From a virus (taxonomy: Duplodnaviria > Caudoviricetes), in the IMG/VR virus record IMGVR_UViG_3300017754_002644, positions 1-35,931 of that record: a stretch of 35,931 bases of DNA; one strand, 5' to 3'. Below the pieces are notes generated by a model. It worked only from the letters and a program-made list of their open reading frames with translations, made no database searches and had not been told where the DNA came from. Position numbers and translations under genes: made by a program. Positions 33,831 through 35,931 of the stretch are shown here, in pieces (positions within the stretch are counted from its first letter, which is position 1; every line of letters begins with the position of its first letter).

Positions 33831-34510
33831 AAAGGTTTACTGAATCGACAAAATGGGATGATCCATGGTTCCGGCAATTACCCGCTGCCGCCAAACTGCT
33901 ATTCCTCTGGCTTGTCGATAAATGCGATGGAGCCGGAATCATTGACGCTGACATTGGGTTAGCATCATTCCAGATCGGAATGAAGATCAATGACGATACC
34001 TTAGCGTTACTTGGTGACAGGGTTACACGTCTTGATAACGGCAAGATTATCCTCATCAAGTTTATCAAATTTCAGCACGGAGAGCTTTCAAGAGAGTGCA
34101 AAGCTCACAATCCAGTGTTCAAGAGTTTGGAGGCTAACGGTCTTTTGACTGTCGATGAGGATGGAAAAGAAAGGGTATCCATACCCTATGCAAACCCTAT
34201 GCAAAGGGTTCAAGTAAAGGTAGATGGAAAGGGAAAGGTAACGGTAAAGTCAGGGGAGAGTGCAGAGAGGGGAAATTTCAAAGCTCCAAAACTCACAGAT
34301 GAGGAATGGATGGCGTCACTCAAAGCCAACCCTGATTACAAAGGAATCAACATCGACGCTGAATACAAGCGAGCTGCTGACTGGATAGCCAAGAATCCCG
34401 GCAGGCAACTATCACGGCCATTCTTCACCAACTGGCTTTCCAAATGCGAGAAGCCCTTAACTATCAAACCGCCTCCGCAATATCCACGAGGCCAAAGCCG
34501 CTGCGTATGA
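33827..34510 (+). CDS. Phage replication initiator (lambda O/replisome-organiser-like)
   Basis: 'KRFT..KWDDPWFRQLP..AKLLFLWL' N-terminal wHTH, low-complexity K/G linker, 'F.NWL' C-terminus; directly upstream of dnaB. Confidence 0.8.
   Translation: MKRFTESTKWDDPWFRQLPAAAKLLFLWLVDKCDGAGIIDADIGLASFQIGMKINDDTLALLGDRVTRLDNGKIILIKFIKFQHGELSRECKAHNPVFKSLEANGLLTVDEDGKERVSIPYANPMQRVQVKVDGKGKVTVKSGESAERGNFKAPKLTDEEWMASLKANPDYKGINIDAEYKRAADWIAKNPGRQLSRPFFTNWLSKCEKPLTIKPPPQYPRGQSRCV
34172..34275 (+). repeat. Iteron-like repeats and purine-rich tract (putative replication origin)
   Basis: AGGGTAT-CC-ATACCCT inverted repeat; ACCCTATGCAA x2 followed by AGGGTT; A/G-skewed tract downstream. Confidence 0.6.
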
Positions 34511-35802
34511 TTTCCACTTCCGACTCAGAAACCGCCGTTATCGGTGCGCTATTCAACATTCCCGGCTGGCTCAATAGACGCCGCGAGCAGATCGTTCCCG
34601 GCCTTTTCCAGAACGTATTTCATCAAGCTATCGTATCGGCGGCTCTTTCGCTGACCTCGCATGAGTCCAATCCCGATTTGTGGGCAATCACGAATCACCT
34701 TTCTGCCGATCCGCAAAATGCAGGCATTGCGCCACTTTTAGCCGAGCTAGCTTACCCTGCCAATATTCCGTTTGGCGATACCGGAGACACGCATTTGCAG
34801 GCTCTACGCACTGCCTACCAGAGACGGGAGCTAGCAGACGCTCACACAAAGGCCGCTGAGCTACTGCGTGACGCTCCTTTATTCGGTCCAGATGGCGAGA
34901 ACGTGGCTCAAAAGGTGGACGACATCATGCAAGACGCGGGAAAGATGCCGGGTAAGATGCTCGCCCGAAGGCACGTCAAAGACATCATACATGACGTTTT
35001 AGACGAGATTCAGGACCGCGTTGATAATCCTGGCAGGCTCGCGGGCATCTCCACCGGCATTCCGACGCTTGACCGAAAAACGGCGGGTATGATGAAGGGC
35101 CAAGTTTGGGTGTTTGCGGGCCTTCCCGGCGACGGCAAATCAACGCTCATGCAGAACTGCGCGGAAGCTGCGGCCTACTCGGGCCATAAGGTGTCATGGT
35201 ATCCTTTGGAAATGCCCGACACTGAGCAGGTGTTTCGACTCCTTGCCAGCGGTGGCGGAGTGGACAACGAAAGACTTTTTAGCGGGATGCTTTCACAAGG
35301 CGACATGGCCGCCCTTGCCGCTGCCAATCGCAGGCTTAGAGACAGTCCCATTGAAATCGTGAACGTGGACGGCGCAACCGCAGGCGACATCATCAACGAC
35401 ATCGAACGCTCCGACGCTGAGATCGCCGTGGTCGATTACCTGCAACTCATGGAGGAAACCAGCGCCCGCAAAGGTGCGAACCGTGAGGAGATCATTGCCA
35501 GCATTTCCCGCAGACTTAAACGCACGGCCCGCCGCTCCGGTAAAACGATTCTCACTGGCTCACAGCTTAACGACGGCGGCAAACTCCGCGAGTCCCGCGC
35601 AATCGGTCAGGACGCCGACAAGATATTTCTCATTAACAAGCACCCGTTAGAAGGTGGCGAGAATGGCGAGCTTGACGACACTAAACGCTTGCTTTGGTGC
35701 GACAAAAACCGAGGATTGAAACGCCATTGGGAACTACCTTTGCACTTCCTCGGCCATGTTTTCCAATTCAAAGAAATTCCTCAACATGAAACCGAATACT
35801 GA
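34507..35802 (+). CDS. dnaB: Replicative DNA helicase, DnaB family
   Basis: 'GISTGIPTLD', Walker A 'GLPGDGKS', 'LEM', 'VVDYLQL', 'SQLN', 'LRESRAIGQDAD' and 'KNR' motifs. Confidence 0.93.
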   Translation: MISTSDSETAVIGALFNIPGWLNRRREQIVPGLFQNVFHQAIVSAALSLTSHESNPDLWAITNHLSADPQNAGIAPLLAELAYPANIPFGDTGDTHLQALRTAYQRRELADAHTKAAELLRDAPLFGPDGENVAQKVDDIMQDAGKMPGKMLARRHVKDIIHDVLDEIQDRVDNPGRLAGISTGIPTLDRKTAGMMKGQVWVFAGLPGDGKSTLMQNCAEAAAYSGHKVSWYPLEMPDTEQVFRLLASGGGVDNERLFSGMLSQGDMAALAAANRRLRDSPIEIVNVDGATAGDIINDIERSDAEIAVVDYLQLMEETSARKGANREEIIASISRRLKRTARRSGKTILTGSQLNDGGKLRESRAIGQDADKIFLINKHPLEGGENGELDDTKRLLWCDKNRGLKRHWELPLHFLGHVFQFKEIPQHETEY

Positions 35803-35931
35803 CCAATCCCTAGCCGCCATTTTCCGCCACTGTGACGAGGTTGCGGAGGGGAAACGACAGCCGAGAAGCGAGAAAGAGGGCAGGCAGGTCGCTTTGACTT
35901 GGCTGGGGGTGAAGGAGAACGATAAAACGCA
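35786..35931 (+). CDS. Partial hypothetical ORF running off the window
   Basis: ATG overlaps the dnaB 3' end; frame is open to the window end. Confidence 0.35.
   Translation, partial: MKPNTDQSLAAIFRHCDEVAEGKRQPRSEKEGRQVALTWLGVKENDKT

Noticed and set aside
1-35931. tRNA genes, integrase/att sites, terminase, RNA or DNA polymerase, alternative genetic code
   Set aside because: No cloverleaf or T-loop motif and no such protein motifs were seen. Genes are intact in the standard code with all three stops used. The missing genes may lie outside the window.

Overview
A 35.9 kb fragment of a tailed dsDNA phage genome; the window starts inside the portal gene and ends just after dnaB. The left half (1-18025, + strand) is a podovirus virion module with a T7/BPP-1-like gene order: portal, scaffold, major capsid, decoration protein, tail tubular A and B, a GNAT-like protein and three ejection proteins. 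The last of these is a 2442-aa polyvalent protein with two tandem ADP-ribosyltransferase-like domains bounded by repeated 'STFSL' linkers. The middle (18026-25601) holds a ~370-nt highly structured minus-strand non-coding region, two minus-strand accessory islands, a lipoprotein, scattered lysis genes and two paralogous appendage cassettes. One cassette carries a collagen/lectin-like set, the other a chymotrypsin-fold protease. The right part (25675-35931) is a lambdoid-style early/replication module: RHH regulator, Bet/RecT, Cas4-like exonuclease, SF2 helicase-methyltransferase fusion, RusA, SSB, HNH, an O-like initiator with iterons, and DnaB. The most notable signals are: (1) a recurrent promoter / 5' hairpin / leader-ORF / terminator RNA element whose two loops are complementary, present twice with different loop sequences; (2) the large structured ncRNA behind one of these elements; (3) a CATCATCAC non-SD leader at free-standing starts versus classical SD at stop/start-overlapping genes; (4) the duplicated adaptor-plus-payload cassettes. 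All calls come from reading motifs by eye; no searches or folding programs were run.
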